Positions 37,291 through 48,209 of a DNA stretch of 64,000 nt are shown here, piece by piece. The notes beneath the pieces were generated by a model. That model had not been told where the DNA came from and ran no database searches. It saw only the letters and a list, made by a program, of their open reading frames with translations. The translations under genes were made by a program, and so were the position numbers. Positions within the stretch are counted from its first letter, which is position 1, and every line of letters begins with the position of its first letter. Source of the stretch: Spirochaetia bacterium (GTDB lineage Bacteria; Spirochaetota; Spirochaetia; UBA9216); assembly GCA_963675665.1 (NCBI GenBank), contig OY776510.1, positions 3,744,001 through 3,808,000 of the forward strand, read 5' to 3'.

Positions 37291-38691
37291 TCATGACCTT
37301 TTCGCCAGCCGTTTGCTTAGCGCAGGCTGGCTGATTCCGAGCAGAGCCGCCGCCGAAGAAATATTACCTCCGCTTCTGCGAAGCGCTTCATCAACAAGGA
37401 TATTCGACCACTCCTTTAATTGAGGCAGGTTTTCAGGAAAAACAACCTCCTGAAAATATTCGCTTCCGGAACTTTCGTCAGAGGCAATTTCCGATTCGGG
37501 CACTATCTTCGCAAGTAAACTCTCAGACAGTATTCCGTCCGCAGCACTGTTTATACACCTGTTCAGAATGGTTGTCAGCTCCCTTACATTACCAGGCAAA
37601 TCAAGACTGCTTACCCGCTTTATAAAACTGCTTTTGATTTCAGGTTCCGCAGTTTTAAGTTCAGTCGAAATTTTTAAAGTAAAATATTCTATAAGCAGCG
37701 GAATATCCTCACGTCTTTGGCGTAAAGGCGGAAGCGTAACCTCATGAGCAGACAGTCTGTAATATAAATCCCTTCTGAATACGCCTTCTTCCATGAGGCT
37801 CTCAAGATCACAATTGGTTGCCGCGATTATCCGGCAGGAGGCTTTCTTCAGTAAATCGGATCCGAGGGCATAATATTCCCCTTTTTCCAGCAGTCTTAAA
37901 AGTTTAATCTGGCTGCCTGAAGACAGATCTCCTATTTCGTCAAGGAAGAGAGTTCCCCCGGCGGCTTTATCGATCAATCCCGGGCGATTGCTGTCGGCCC
38001 CCGAATAGGCGCCCTTTTTATGCCCGAACAGGGCGTCTGAAAACATTGCATCATCCAATCCGGCCGCGTTTATGCTGATAAATTCGCCTTCCCTGCCTGA
38101 AGCCTTATGTACGGCCTCAGCGGTGAGTTCTTTGCCCGTGCCGGTTTCGCCCCTTATTAGAACAGTCTGATTTGTTCCGCTGATTATCGTCAGGTACCTG
38201 AAAACCGACTGCATCGATCTGCTTTCGGTAATGATGCTTTTGAAAGCATCGTCCACATCATCAGAACTGGAAAGCAAACTTTTCTTGAGCAGGCTATTTT
38301 CTTTCTTCAGATCATTTATACTGAGCGATTTTTTCACAACAGCCAGCAGTTTCGTATTTTCAATTGCTTTTACAAGATAATCTGACGCTCCGTTTTTCAT
38401 GCATTCGACAGCGGTAGACAGTTCATTTACCCCGGTTATAATCACTACAGGCAAATCGGGATATAACTTCTTGAGTTCAGGAAGAAGCACCTCCCCGGAC
38501 ACATGAGGCATTGTTAAATCAAGGAGAACAAGAGAAGGCGGTTTTTGCAAAATCATTTCAAGAACATTCCTGCTGTCGTTGCAGGTTACTACATTATTAA
38601 TTCCGGATGTACGCAATACCGCTTCCAGAGATTGAAGAATATACTGCTCATCATCAATAATATAAACCGGTCTGTCAGGATATTCCGACAT
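37291..38691 (-). CDS. Sigma-54-dependent response regulator (NtrC family)
   Basis: REC domain; GETGTGKE, GAYSGA (GAFTGA loop), LFLDEIGD and FRRDLYYRL motifs; Fis-type HTH. Confidence 0.93.
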   Translation of the reverse strand: MSEYPDRPVYIIDDEQYILQSLEAVLRTSGINNVVTCNDSRNVLEMILQKPPSLVLLDLTMPHVSGEVLLPELKKLYPDLPVVIITGVNELSTAVECMKNGASDYLVKAIENTKLLAVVKKSLSINDLKKENSLLKKSLLSSSDDVDDAFKSIITESRSMQSVFRYLTIISGTNQTVLIRGETGTGKELTAEAVHKASGREGEFISINAAGLDDAMFSDALFGHKKGAYSGADSNRPGLIDKAAGGTLFLDEIGDLSSGSQIKLLRLLEKGEYYALGSDLLKKASCRIIAATNCDLESLMEEGVFRRDLYYRLSAHEVTLPPLRQRREDIPLLIEYFTLKISTELKTAEPEIKSSFIKRVSSLDLPGNVRELTTILNRCINSAADGILSESLLAKIVPESEIASDESSGSEYFQEVVFPENLPQLKEWSNILVDEALRRSGGNISSAAALLGISQPALSKRLAKRS

Positions 38692-40711
38692 CATCATCTC
38701 CTTCAGTATCAGAGCCCGGCTGCCGAAGCAAAACCTCTGCAACGGTACCTTTGCCGTATTCTGATTTATAGCTTAAAATCCCGTTATGCTTATCTATAAT
38801 GCTTTTTGAAATACTTAATCCGATACCTGTTCCTCCGGAGTTTCTTTTTGTTGTATAGAACGGATCAAAAATCTTTTTCAGGTCATCCGGTTTTATTCCG
38901 CATCCGTTGTCTTCGATTACAATACTGATACCGCCGTTACTGCCAATCGAGGTTTTAATTCTAATCTGCTGGTTGCGCCCCGTAAGCGATTGTACAGCAT
39001 TTTGGATAAGGTTTATGAAAACCTGTTCAAGCTGCTGCGCATTACCGAAAACTTCAGGCAGGGACTCTTCAAGCCTTAAAACAAAATCATCAGTGGCTTT
39101 TTTTATCATATTGGAACAAAGATTGACAGCTGATTCGATTGTTCGGTTAATATCAACTCTTGACCAGGGTTGTTCCGAATCATTCCTGGAGAGGGTTTTA
39201 AGATCGCTTACAATTTTGTCTATTCTTCTGGCTCCCTCAGTCATGCTTTTCAGGTAGTCCGGAATATGGTCCTTTATTTCAGAATAATTCCACCCGTGAA
39301 TTAAAAAGTCGCCGTTTTCATCGTAATATTCACCAAGCACTGAAACGCAATCCTTCCAGATATCCTCCAGAAGGCCGGCATTTGAAAGAATAAACTGGTT
39401 AGGATTGTTAATCTCATGAGCTACACCCGAAACAAGAACCCCAAGCGAGGCGAATTTATCCGCCTGTATCAACTGCTCTTTCTGTATCTCGGCACGTCGT
39501 TCAGCGATTTTTCTGTTGGTAATATCTACACCGGTCATTAAGACCTTATTCTGATCTTCAGGAATCTCCAGAATATCCGAAATCAGTATTGTTCTGTTGT
39601 TTCCGCCTGCGTCTTTTAAATCAAAATCAAGCGCTTCCGAACATCCGCCTGAAAATGCATTTGTAATCATCCTGTTTATTTTTTCATCCTGACCAGGCTC
39701 AAAAATATCAGAAAGATTCTTTCCGTTAAACTCGGACTGCGTGAATGCCATGGTTCGAAGAAATGAAGAATTGGCCCCTGAAACAACCCCGTTCTTGTCT
39801 ATAATGATCCTTACGCCGAGACTTTCTTCATATAAATAACGATACTTTTCTTCCGAGTTTTTAAGCTCTTCACGGCTCTTTCCGACAGTTGAAATCATCT
39901 CGCTGAATCCGCATAAAATCTCATATTCATCAGAATCTTCCGGGAAATAATGTACAGGAACTTCAGGTACTCTGTCAGGGTTCTGCGAAATATGGTGAAC
40001 CGTATCCAGTAAATAATAAAAACACCTGAATAGCGGGCGCATATATATAATTATAAGAAGGCAAATAGATGCGAATCCGATTATTATGATAATCATCGGT
40101 CCTAATAAATATTGCCGGAAAAGATTGTCGATATCATCAAAAAACATTCCGGTTCCGATATAACAATCCAGCTCCTGTATTCCCCTTACATACGACAGCT
40201 TTTCCCCGGGAGTCCGGGCACCCGGCGGAGGATAAAAATAAGAAACAAACCCTTCTCCTTTTTCACTGCGGGCAGTTGCAATAAGCTCTTTAATATAATA
40301 ATTACCGTAAGAATCCCGGGCATTAAGCTGGTATGTGTCCTGCTTCCAGGGTTCAAGCGGCTGAACCAGCATCATCCCTTCGTACGAACTCATGAAAATA
40401 TAATTTTTCATAGTTTCGCTTGTGTAGGTCATTCTTCTGACAAGGGTTACAGCCTGAATAAGGGCATCATCTTTCGTTAAAATCCCTTTTTTGAGCTCCT
40501 CAATAATCGGCTGAATTGTATTTAGACTTATTTCAACCTGCCTCTTAAGCTCAGCTTTCCTGAAATCTATCAGGTTGTTCCTGTAATTCTGTGCAAGATA
40601 AAAAAGAAGAATAAACATAATTATAAATAAAAGTATAAGTGACAGAGCAGTTCTTGTTGTTGTCCGCTTAAAAGGACCGGGAATAATATTTCGTTTCATC
40701 AGCATAGCCAA
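38675..40711 (-). CDS. Sensor histidine kinase (Cache, PAS, HisKA, HATPase)
   Basis: Single Cache domain between two TM helices; GVAHEINNP, QVFINLIQNA, DNGCGI and GTGIGL motifs. Confidence 0.92.
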   Translation of the reverse strand: MAMLMKRNIIPGPFKRTTTRTALSLILLFIIMFILLFYLAQNYRNNLIDFRKAELKRQVEISLNTIQPIIEELKKGILTKDDALIQAVTLVRRMTYTSETMKNYIFMSSYEGMMLVQPLEPWKQDTYQLNARDSYGNYYIKELIATARSEKGEGFVSYFYPPPGARTPGEKLSYVRGIQELDCYIGTGMFFDDIDNLFRQYLLGPMIIIIIGFASICLLIIIYMRPLFRCFYYLLDTVHHISQNPDRVPEVPVHYFPEDSDEYEILCGFSEMISTVGKSREELKNSEEKYRYLYEESLGVRIIIDKNGVVSGANSSFLRTMAFTQSEFNGKNLSDIFEPGQDEKINRMITNAFSGGCSEALDFDLKDAGGNNRTILISDILEIPEDQNKVLMTGVDITNRKIAERRAEIQKEQLIQADKFASLGVLVSGVAHEINNPNQFILSNAGLLEDIWKDCVSVLGEYYDENGDFLIHGWNYSEIKDHIPDYLKSMTEGARRIDKIVSDLKTLSRNDSEQPWSRVDINRTIESAVNLCSNMIKKATDDFVLRLEESLPEVFGNAQQLEQVFINLIQNAVQSLTGRNQQIRIKTSIGSNGGISIVIEDNGCGIKPDDLKKIFDPFYTTKRNSGGTGIGLSISKSIIDKHNGILSYKSEYGKGTVAEVLLRQPGSDTEGDDDVGIS

Positions 40712-40781
40712 GCATGATGATAGTTAAACAATCATCCGCTGTCAATGAAAATAAAACCTGAAGTGTTGGTTTCATTTATAG

Positions 40782-40943
40782 TTATTTTATTTTTTCCGGT
40801 CTGCATAAGTATTTTTCATCTGCTGCAGTTCTCAGGCATTTTCTGCAGATATATTTGGCATTTTTAACCTGTTCAAGAATTTCTTCATCATCTGCACTGA
40901 AACCTTTTTTAACAGCTTTACACATTTTCTTCAATTTCAACAT
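40782..40943 (-). CDS. Small Cys-rich protein (53 aa)
   Basis: MLKLKKMCK...KYICRKCLRTAADEKYLCRPEKIK; starts 7 nt after the ABC-F stop. Confidence 0.65.
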   Translation of the reverse strand: MLKLKKMCKAVKKGFSADDEEILEQVKNAKYICRKCLRTAADEKYLCRPEKIK

Positions 40944-40950
40944 AATTTCT

Positions 40951-42834
40951 CTAACCTTTTTCAGCCTCAAGATACTCCCAGCGTTTATATTTTTCTTCAA
41001 TCTCACTGCATATATTATCATATTTTATCTTTTTATCTCCAAGATCAGATCCGCCGGCGCTTGAAGAAATAAAATATTGATCAAGCTGCTCTTTCTCTTC
41101 TTCCAACCGAATTATTTCTTCTTCAACAGTTTCAAGCTCTTTCTTTTCGCTGAAACTTAATCCCTTTTTCTGCCTGTTAACTGTCTTTTTTCCGGAAGAT
41201 GGCCTTGAAGATTTCTGATTGGATTTTTCAGATTCTTCATTTAATTCAGCCTTTGTTTTACCGTAATAAGACATGACGTCGCCGGAATAACCGCTGATAC
41301 CGCCTGCGCTGTCAAGTACAAAAAGGAAATCTGTTGTTCTGTCCAGAAAAAACCGGTCGTGTGAAACAACTACTATACAACCGTAAAATTTTTCGAGAAA
41401 GTCTTCAAGAATGGAAAGTGTCTGAATATCAAAATCATTGGTAGGTTCGTCAAAAAGCAGGAAATTAGGATTCTCCAGAAGAATTTTCAATAAATACAGC
41501 TTCTTTTTTTCTCCGCCCGACAGATTTGCGATTTCCGTATAAATCATATCCTTGGGAAATAAAAACCGTTCCAGGAACTGATTGGGAGAAAGCCTGCTGC
41601 CGTCCTTTAATGTTATAACTTCAGCCGTTTCCTTTATATAATCGATAACCTTTACAGCACCTGGTAAATCATGGGAAAGTTGATCATAATAACCGATTTT
41701 GGTATTTACACCTGTATCAACCGTTCCTTCATCAGGTTCGATTTTTCCGACAAGGATATTTAACAGTGTTGTCTTACCGCTGCCGTTTGCTCCGAGAATA
41801 CCGATACGGTCGCCTTTTTTGAAACTGAATGAAAAGCCTGAAAAAAGCCTGTTATCTCCATAACTTTTCCCTACATTCTCCAGTTCAAGAATCTTCCCTC
41901 CAAGTCGCCTGCCTTCAACTGAGAAATCATCTGATTCCGTTTGTTTTTCAGGCCGGCTGTTCTTCAAATCAAAGAACCTGGCAGTCCGCTTTTTATCTTT
42001 GCCGGCCCTTGCCCTCGGCCCCCGAAGAATCCATTCTACTTCATTTCTGAGAAAGTTTTCCGTACGCGCAGCTGCTTTCTGCCGGGCATTTTCACGATCG
42101 GCTTTCTGTTGCAGGTATAAAGAATAATTACCTTTATAAGTATAAAGATTGCCGTTTTCGATCTCCATGACCGAACTGCAAACCGAATCCATAAAATATC
42201 TGTCGTGAGTAACAAGAACAACAGCCTTCCCGGAATTTTTAAGATACTTCTCAAGCCAGTATATTGTTTCAATATCAAGATGGTTTGTCGGTTCGTCCAG
42301 GATCACAAGGTTTGACTCTGTTACAAGAGTACGGGCTATTGAAACCTTTTTTACCATACCCCCGGACAATTCCTCCATCCTCTGAGACAAATCATTAATT
42401 CCAAGCTCGCTCAGTATTGAGTGGATTCTGTGTTCCAGTGACCAGCAGTCAAGCCTGTCTATTTCTGTCATGACATTTTCAAGCCTCTCGGCATAGCTGC
42501 TGTCTTCCCCGATTACGCCTGTTATCGTTTCGTATTCGCGAATAAGATTTATTTCCCGTGAATTACCGGAAAGAACAAAATCCGCTATTTTATCTGATGG
42601 AGAAAAAACAGGCTGCTGATCAAGAAATGCACATTTAAGCTCACTATTATGGACAACTGAGCCCGTATCAGCCTGTTTCAGTTTTGAAATCAACCTCAGC
42701 AGCGTTGATTTTCCGCTGCCGTTCCTTCCCGTAAGCGCAATTTTATCACCTTCATCTATACCGAAAGTAATATCGCTGAAAAGTGTTTTACCACCTTCAC
42801 CATGGCCTAGATCTTTTACGGAAATCAGATTCAT
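40951..42834 (-). CDS. ABC-F family ATPase (Uup-like)
   Basis: Two ABC cassettes (GRNGSGKS, GANGSGKT; LSGG; DEPTN), no TM domain, C-terminal coiled coil. Confidence 0.9.
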   Translation of the reverse strand: MNLISVKDLGHGEGGKTLFSDITFGIDEGDKIALTGRNGSGKSTLLRLISKLKQADTGSVVHNSELKCAFLDQQPVFSPSDKIADFVLSGNSREINLIREYETITGVIGEDSSYAERLENVMTEIDRLDCWSLEHRIHSILSELGINDLSQRMEELSGGMVKKVSIARTLVTESNLVILDEPTNHLDIETIYWLEKYLKNSGKAVVLVTHDRYFMDSVCSSVMEIENGNLYTYKGNYSLYLQQKADRENARQKAAARTENFLRNEVEWILRGPRARAGKDKKRTARFFDLKNSRPEKQTESDDFSVEGRRLGGKILELENVGKSYGDNRLFSGFSFSFKKGDRIGILGANGSGKTTLLNILVGKIEPDEGTVDTGVNTKIGYYDQLSHDLPGAVKVIDYIKETAEVITLKDGSRLSPNQFLERFLFPKDMIYTEIANLSGGEKKKLYLLKILLENPNFLLFDEPTNDFDIQTLSILEDFLEKFYGCIVVVSHDRFFLDRTTDFLFVLDSAGGISGYSGDVMSYYGKTKAELNEESEKSNQKSSRPSSGKKTVNRQKKGLSFSEKKELETVEEEIIRLEEEKEQLDQYFISSSAGGSDLGDKKIKYDNICSEIEEKYKRWEYLEAEKG

Positions 42835-42887
42835 CGGTCTAATTTAACAGGTTTTTTAAGTTTAAGCGATAGTATACGATTATAAAA

Positions 42888-44735
42888 TCAGGATTGTGAA
42901 AGTGTAGTTCCAATAATATCAAATAAAGTTCGCTGATTAACCGGTTTTGAAATAAAATAGGTAATTCCGGCTTTCTTGCATTTTCTTCGTATCTCTTCTT
43001 CTGTATTTGCAGTTACAGCTATAATGGGAACCGGAACAACCTGATACTTGGGGTTTTTCCTGATTTCCATGGATATATCTATTCCGTTCTTTCCCGGAAG
43101 ACCTATGTCCATGAGAATCAGGCAATAATCGTTGCGGTTGAACAATTCGATCGCCTTCATTCCGTCTGAAGCGTCATCAACCGTAAACCCGGCTTTTTCA
43201 AGTGCCATTTTAAGATACATTCTGTTTATAGCTTCGTCTTCTACAAGCAGTATCTTCTTTCCGAGGCCGGAAACCCCTTCGTGCCCGGAAGGATTATCAG
43301 GAGGATCCGGAACCGATCTGTCTAACGGCAGCCTAATCGTAACGGCAGTACCGGTGCCCTCCGAACTCTTTAATTGTATCTCGCCGCCCATAAGTTCTAC
43401 CAGAAGCTTTACAATCGACAAACCTATGCCAACCCCCCTGTAGACTTTTTCAAGCGGGTTTTCAACCTGATACAGAAGACTGAAAACTTCCTGCTGTTTA
43501 TCCCTGGGGATCCCTATTCCGGTATCGTCAATTTGTATTATAACCGTTTCGTCCCAATAGATTTTAACTCTTATCCACCCTTTATGGGTGAATTTTACGG
43601 AATTGTTAAGAAGCATAACCAATATCTGTTCAACACGCTCTTCATCACCAGTAACTCTTTTGCAGTCGTCCCTGATTTCGTATTCAAATTTAACCTGTTT
43701 CCCGCCAAGCATTACATCAATGCTATGCTTCAATCTATTCATTAGATGTTCAAAATTGAAATCTTCTTTTTGAAGTCTGCAAAGCCCTGATTCAAGCTCA
43801 ATCAGATCGAGGAGATTTCTTATTATCGACGTCAGGGTTTCAGATGAAATTAAAATCTTGTCTAAAAGCATCTTTTGCGAATCATCAAGTTCAGTATCGT
43901 TTAACAGAGAGGCGAATCCCGTTATCCCGTTAAGCGGAGTTCTGAGTTCATGACTGATATTCGCCAGGAAAACGGATTTTGCTGAATTCGCGCGCTCAGC
44001 TTCAGTTTTTGCGTCTTTCAGCTGCTTCTCCCGTCTGTCCAACTTTCCTGCAAGAACATTATAAGAGTCCTGCAGCTGGGAAAGCTCCGATATCCATTGC
44101 CCGGTTTCAAGTTGTCTATAATCACTTTCGGAAAATATCCTGACGGCAGAATTTAATCGCTGAACAGGCTTGCTTATAATTTTTGAGAGCAATAAACTGA
44201 TGATTATGCAGAAAGTCAGAAAAACTGCTCCTATAAACACAAAATGCAATATTATTCGATGAAGTTCCATATTCATTGCATCAAGAGTTAAAACTATTAT
44301 TACCTGCCCCAGCAGTTCTTCTTCAATTACAACTTTGCGGATAAACCTTATCTCTTCATTCTTATATCCTGATATACAAATTTCCTTATATTCATCACAT
44401 TCAGAAATGTATTTGCTTTCCTTTCCCAATTCGTCTTTTAAACTTCCTGCTACAACAATGTTATCCGTATTCAGGATGGACAATTCCGTAACAAAATTTC
44501 TTGTTTCATACTCGCTGATAATGTGTTCCAAAGCCGGGTAATTTTCATTAAACAGGAAATCTGATGCACTGAAAGCCAAATCTCCGGCCAGCATGATCCC
44601 ATAGGCTTCAATAATTCCGGTCGCAGAAGCTTTGAATCTGTTATAAGTGAGAGAAGAATATATTATTATTGCTGTTGCTGCCAGAATAATGAAAACCAGA
44701 ATAATTAGCTGTGATAATTTAATCTGTTTTTTCAT
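42888..44735 (-). CDS. Hybrid sensor histidine kinase/response regulator
   Basis: TM-HAMP; FLANISHELRTPL, DTGIGI and GIGLSIV motifs; C-terminal REC domain. Confidence 0.92.
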   Translation of the reverse strand: MKKQIKLSQLIILVFIILAATAIIIYSSLTYNRFKASATGIIEAYGIMLAGDLAFSASDFLFNENYPALEHIISEYETRNFVTELSILNTDNIVVAGSLKDELGKESKYISECDEYKEICISGYKNEEIRFIRKVVIEEELLGQVIIVLTLDAMNMELHRIILHFVFIGAVFLTFCIIISLLLSKIISKPVQRLNSAVRIFSESDYRQLETGQWISELSQLQDSYNVLAGKLDRREKQLKDAKTEAERANSAKSVFLANISHELRTPLNGITGFASLLNDTELDDSQKMLLDKILISSETLTSIIRNLLDLIELESGLCRLQKEDFNFEHLMNRLKHSIDVMLGGKQVKFEYEIRDDCKRVTGDEERVEQILVMLLNNSVKFTHKGWIRVKIYWDETVIIQIDDTGIGIPRDKQQEVFSLLYQVENPLEKVYRGVGIGLSIVKLLVELMGGEIQLKSSEGTGTAVTIRLPLDRSVPDPPDNPSGHEGVSGLGKKILLVEDEAINRMYLKMALEKAGFTVDDASDGMKAIELFNRNDYCLILMDIGLPGKNGIDISMEIRKNPKYQVVPVPIIAVTANTEEEIRRKCKKAGITYFISKPVNQRTLFDIIGTTLSQS

Positions 44736-45579
44736 AATTTTCCGGCTTTTTGTAATCAGTTATTTTCTGATAAATGGATCTGAATTCAGCATAATCTGAG
44801 TCCTGTCTTAAAATAAAAGATTCTAGATTCAACTGTTCAAGGACAACCCGCCCTTTTTCCGTCCCGGATGTTATTGTCATTATTCCAGTTTGAATCTTTT
44901 TCACAAGTTCAGGATCTGTTCCCGGTTTTACCGCAAAGGGAAACCTCGGTATATCAATTGAATATGCAATAATTCTGAGTTTTTCATTCGTGTTCTGATA
45001 GATGGTGGAATCGAAATATATTTGTTCGCTGAAAACACAGGCATCATAAAATCCGTTTAAAACAAGAAAAGGAAGCGATTCAATATCTTCATTAAATTCT
45101 ACGGAAAAATCGTCCGGCGAATACAATCCGAGATCAGCCATGCCGGTTCTGAAAAACAGATATCCGGCAAATGATTCTTCTGCTATGGCTACAATCTTTT
45201 TTCCTTCAAGATCTTTCAGGCTGTATATGGAACTGTCGTCTCTGACCATCACTACACCGTTTAGATCCGGAACCCCGGAAGCAATAGCATAATAACCGGT
45301 TAAATCCGATGCTTTAAAATACAATGCATTATTCGTCCAGATTAAATCATATCTTCCGTCCAGCGTCCTCTGATTGAACGTTTCCCAGTCAGGAGCTGAT
45401 ACAAGCCTGACGCTGATTCCGGCAGAACGCTCAATGCTTTCTGCAACCGGTTGAAACAATTTTATCAACGTCTTTGAATTGAATACCGGGTAAACTCCAA
45501 ATATTAATTCGCCATCAGATGATAACGACTGTAAAATGAATGATAAAAGGATTACTGTAAGAATAAAAACTTTCTTCAT
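44719..45579 (-). CDS. Phosphate/phosphonate-type substrate-binding protein (PhnD-like)
   Basis: Signal peptide; FGVYP, SLKDLEGKK, SFAGYL and IPRFPFAV motifs. Confidence 0.75.
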   Translation of the reverse strand: MKKVFILTVILLSFILQSLSSDGELIFGVYPVFNSKTLIKLFQPVAESIERSAGISVRLVSAPDWETFNQRTLDGRYDLIWTNNALYFKASDLTGYYAIASGVPDLNGVVMVRDDSSIYSLKDLEGKKIVAIAEESFAGYLFFRTGMADLGLYSPDDFSVEFNEDIESLPFLVLNGFYDACVFSEQIYFDSTIYQNTNEKLRIIAYSIDIPRFPFAVKPGTDPELVKKIQTGIMTITSGTEKGRVVLEQLNLESFILRQDSDYAEFRSIYQKITDYKKPENYEKTD

Positions 45580-45723
45580 ATTATATTACTTTATTTAAAG
45601 TATAGTGAATCCGTATACCTGTTTTCAAGCTTGCAACCAATATTATTCAGCAATATATTTTTATGTTTTCTTCATATAGTTTTTTTATTATATTATAATA
45701 AATTGTTTTTACGGAGAGTTAAT

Positions 45724-46578
45724 ATGAAGAAGATAACCATAATTCTGTTTTTTATAATATATTTGACAGCATCAGCTTATGCCGAAGGTTCACTTATTAA
45801 TAATGAAAATTCAAACGTCAAATTCTTTCTTGAATCCGAGCTTGGGACGGTCGGTATTCAGTATCATACAATCAGTATCGGCGATCCTGGAACAGCAAGT
45901 ACTTTTGACTTTGTCAACGAGGGCGGCCAGGAAATTCTATACAGGTTTGAACGCTATAATGCCGGTATGCTCATAAACAATCAGCATAAAATATCCTTTC
46001 TGTACCAGCCTCTTGAGATTGTAACGGAAACCGTTTTCGATGAAGAGAGAATCATTGACGGGGTTACGTTTGCAGAAGATACCCCTATGGAAATATCATA
46101 CGGTTTCCCCTTTTACAGGATAACTTACGGCTTTGATTTTTTTCGCAGTGAGAAAATCGATCTGGGAATCGGCGCTGCTCTTCAGTTAAGAAATGCTTCA
46201 ATCGTATTCAAGCAGCTTGACGGTGAGCAAATGACGGTCAGTCAAAACCTAGGACCTGTTCCGGCTCTTCACATATTCGGAAGATATAATTTTCCGGGTA
46301 ATTTTTTCCTGTTGACAGATATTACAGGCCTGTATGCCTCCTCGGCAATAATAAACGGTGCCGATTTCGAATTTGAGGGATCTATTCTGGACGCCTCCGT
46401 CAGGGCCGGTTATACTCTGAAAAACAATATTGATATATTTTCCAATCTCAGATTTCTTGGAGGTTCCGCATCCGGGGTAAGCGAATACGCGCGGGACCAC
46501 TGGACAGACAGCGAAAGTGCGGCAACATCAAACTACCTTGCCACTACTTCACTTACCCTGGGAATAACGGTCAGGTGA
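45724..46578 (+). CDS. Exported beta-strand-rich hypothetical protein (outer-membrane-like)
   Basis: GGAG SD, signal peptide MKKITII..AYA, amphipathic strands. Confidence 0.65.
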   Translation: MKKITIILFFIIYLTASAYAEGSLINNENSNVKFFLESELGTVGIQYHTISIGDPGTASTFDFVNEGGQEILYRFERYNAGMLINNQHKISFLYQPLEIVTETVFDEERIIDGVTFAEDTPMEISYGFPFYRITYGFDFFRSEKIDLGIGAALQLRNASIVFKQLDGEQMTVSQNLGPVPALHIFGRYNFPGNFFLLTDITGLYASSAIINGADFEFEGSILDASVRAGYTLKNNIDIFSNLRFLGGSASGVSEYARDHWTDSESAATSNYLATTSLTLGITVR

Positions 46579-46612
46579 TATTTTAAATTACATCATAAAC
46601 CATTTTTATAAT

Positions 46613-46662
46613 GCGGCGCAGGCGATACCGGGCAAACAGGTATAAGCTTTCGCCGCTTTTTT
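46613..46662 (+). terminator. Probable terminator hairpin
   Basis: GCGGCG...CGCCGC outer stem with an inner ATACC/GGTAT stem, followed by T6. Confidence 0.55.
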
Positions 46663-46752
46663 ATTATCTGTCTTAAAACATCCTGAAATTATATTTACAT
46701 TAAAACGGCTGATTATTATAATTGCGGCAAATTCTATTTAGATGGAGATAGT

Positions 46753-47562
46753 ATGAAAAAAATAGCTTCAATTTGTTCGATGTTATTGCTTGCAACCATA
46801 ATTTTTGCCGGAGGAACACAGGAAGGAACTTCAGGCAATGATGATTCGCTTAAATACATCATGGAAAAGGGAAATATTGTCCTCGGGCTTGACGACAGCT
46901 TTCCTCCGATGGGATTCAGAGATGAAAACGGAGAAATTGCCGGGTTCGATATTGATCTTGCCAAAGAAGTCTGCAAACGCCTGGGCGTAGAGCTGAAGCT
47001 TCAGCCGATAGACTGGGACGCAAAAATCCTTGACTTAAACAGCAGGGATATTGATATCATATGGAACGGCCTTACCATAACTGATGAAAGAAAGGAAAAG
47101 ATTGATTTTTCCAAACCCTACATAGCCAACCGTCAGATTGTGATTGTTCAGGCCGGTTCCGGTTTGAATTACAAAGCTGATCTGTCCGGGAAAAAAATAG
47201 GCATCCAGCTTGGAAGCAGCGCTGAAGATGCCGTCAGTAAAGACCCTGCCGTACTTGAAAGCTTTGCAGAACTTGTAAAATACCAGGATAATGTTCAGGC
47301 ATTAATGGATCTCGGCACCGGGCGCATTGACGCTGTAGTAGTTGACGAAATCCTGGGCCGTTATTATGTTTCAGGCAAACCGGGCATTTATGAAGTAGCC
47401 GAAGATTATTTTGCCGAAGAAGAATACGGAATAGGCTTCAGAAAAGGCGAAAGTGCTTTTATCAACGCAGTAGATCAGGTAATTGATCAGATGGCAACCG
47501 ACGGCGCTGCAGCTGAAATTTCGAAGAAATGGTTTGCTGAGAATATACTTCTCGACCGTTAA
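46753..47562 (+). CDS. Polar amino acid ABC transporter substrate-binding protein
   Basis: GLDDSFPPMGF, GFDIDLA and ITDERKE motifs. Confidence 0.92.
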   Translation: MKKIASICSMLLLATIIFAGGTQEGTSGNDDSLKYIMEKGNIVLGLDDSFPPMGFRDENGEIAGFDIDLAKEVCKRLGVELKLQPIDWDAKILDLNSRDIDIIWNGLTITDERKEKIDFSKPYIANRQIVIVQAGSGLNYKADLSGKKIGIQLGSSAEDAVSKDPAVLESFAELVKYQDNVQALMDLGTGRIDAVVVDEILGRYYVSGKPGIYEVAEDYFAEEEYGIGFRKGESAFINAVDQVIDQMATDGAAAEISKKWFAENILLDR

Positions 47563-48209
47563 TGGAATACATTCTAAAATCAACCTGGTACATCCTTTCA
47601 GGATGTACCGTTACTCTTAAACTTTTTGCATTGACGCTGGTGTTTTCAGTGCCTCTCGGGTTTGTCTGTGCAATGGCAAAAACTTCAAAATTCAGACTAT
47701 TAAAACTCGTAATGGGTTTGTATACATCCGTTGTACGCGGAACACCGCTTCTTCTTCAGATCTTCTTTGTTTATTACGGACTACCCATCTTCTTTCCGGC
47801 CCTGAGACTTGAACGTTTCACAGCCGCGGCAATCACCTTCATAATAAATTACGGGGCCTATTTTACAGAGATCTTCCGGGGAGGCATTCAATCCATTGAC
47901 CGGGGCCAGTATGAGGCTGCCAGGGTCCTTGGCATGAATTACCGCCAGACAATGGGCAGAATCATCCTTCCTCAGACAATCAAACGCGTACTCCCTCCGG
48001 TGGCCAATGAAGCTATCACTCTTGTAAAAGATACTGCCCTTGTTGTCGTACTCGGAATTGGTGAAATTCTCAGAAACTCAAAAGAAATCGTTGCCCGCGA
48101 TTTTACTGTCAGCCCTTTTATTATTGCTGCTGTTGTATATCTTGTCCTGAACTATTCTGTTGTTTTATTTTTCCGAAAACTGGAAAAGAGGTATTCTGTA
48201 TATGAATGA
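47562..48209 (+). CDS. Polar amino acid ABC transporter permease
   Basis: [21 protein letters not shown] and LVKDTAL motifs. Confidence 0.92.
   Translation: MEYILKSTWYILSGCTVTLKLFALTLVFSVPLGFVCAMAKTSKFRLLKLVMGLYTSVVRGTPLLLQIFFVYYGLPIFFPALRLERFTAAAITFIINYGAYFTEIFRGGIQSIDRGQYEAARVLGMNYRQTMGRIILPQTIKRVLPPVANEAITLVKDTALVVVLGIGEILRNSKEIVARDFTVSPFIIAAVVYLVLNYSVVLFFRKLEKRYSVYE

Noticed and set aside
46600-46670. c-di-GMP-I riboswitch suggested by GGCAAAC
   Set aside because: The rest of the motif is missing; better explained as a terminator hairpin.
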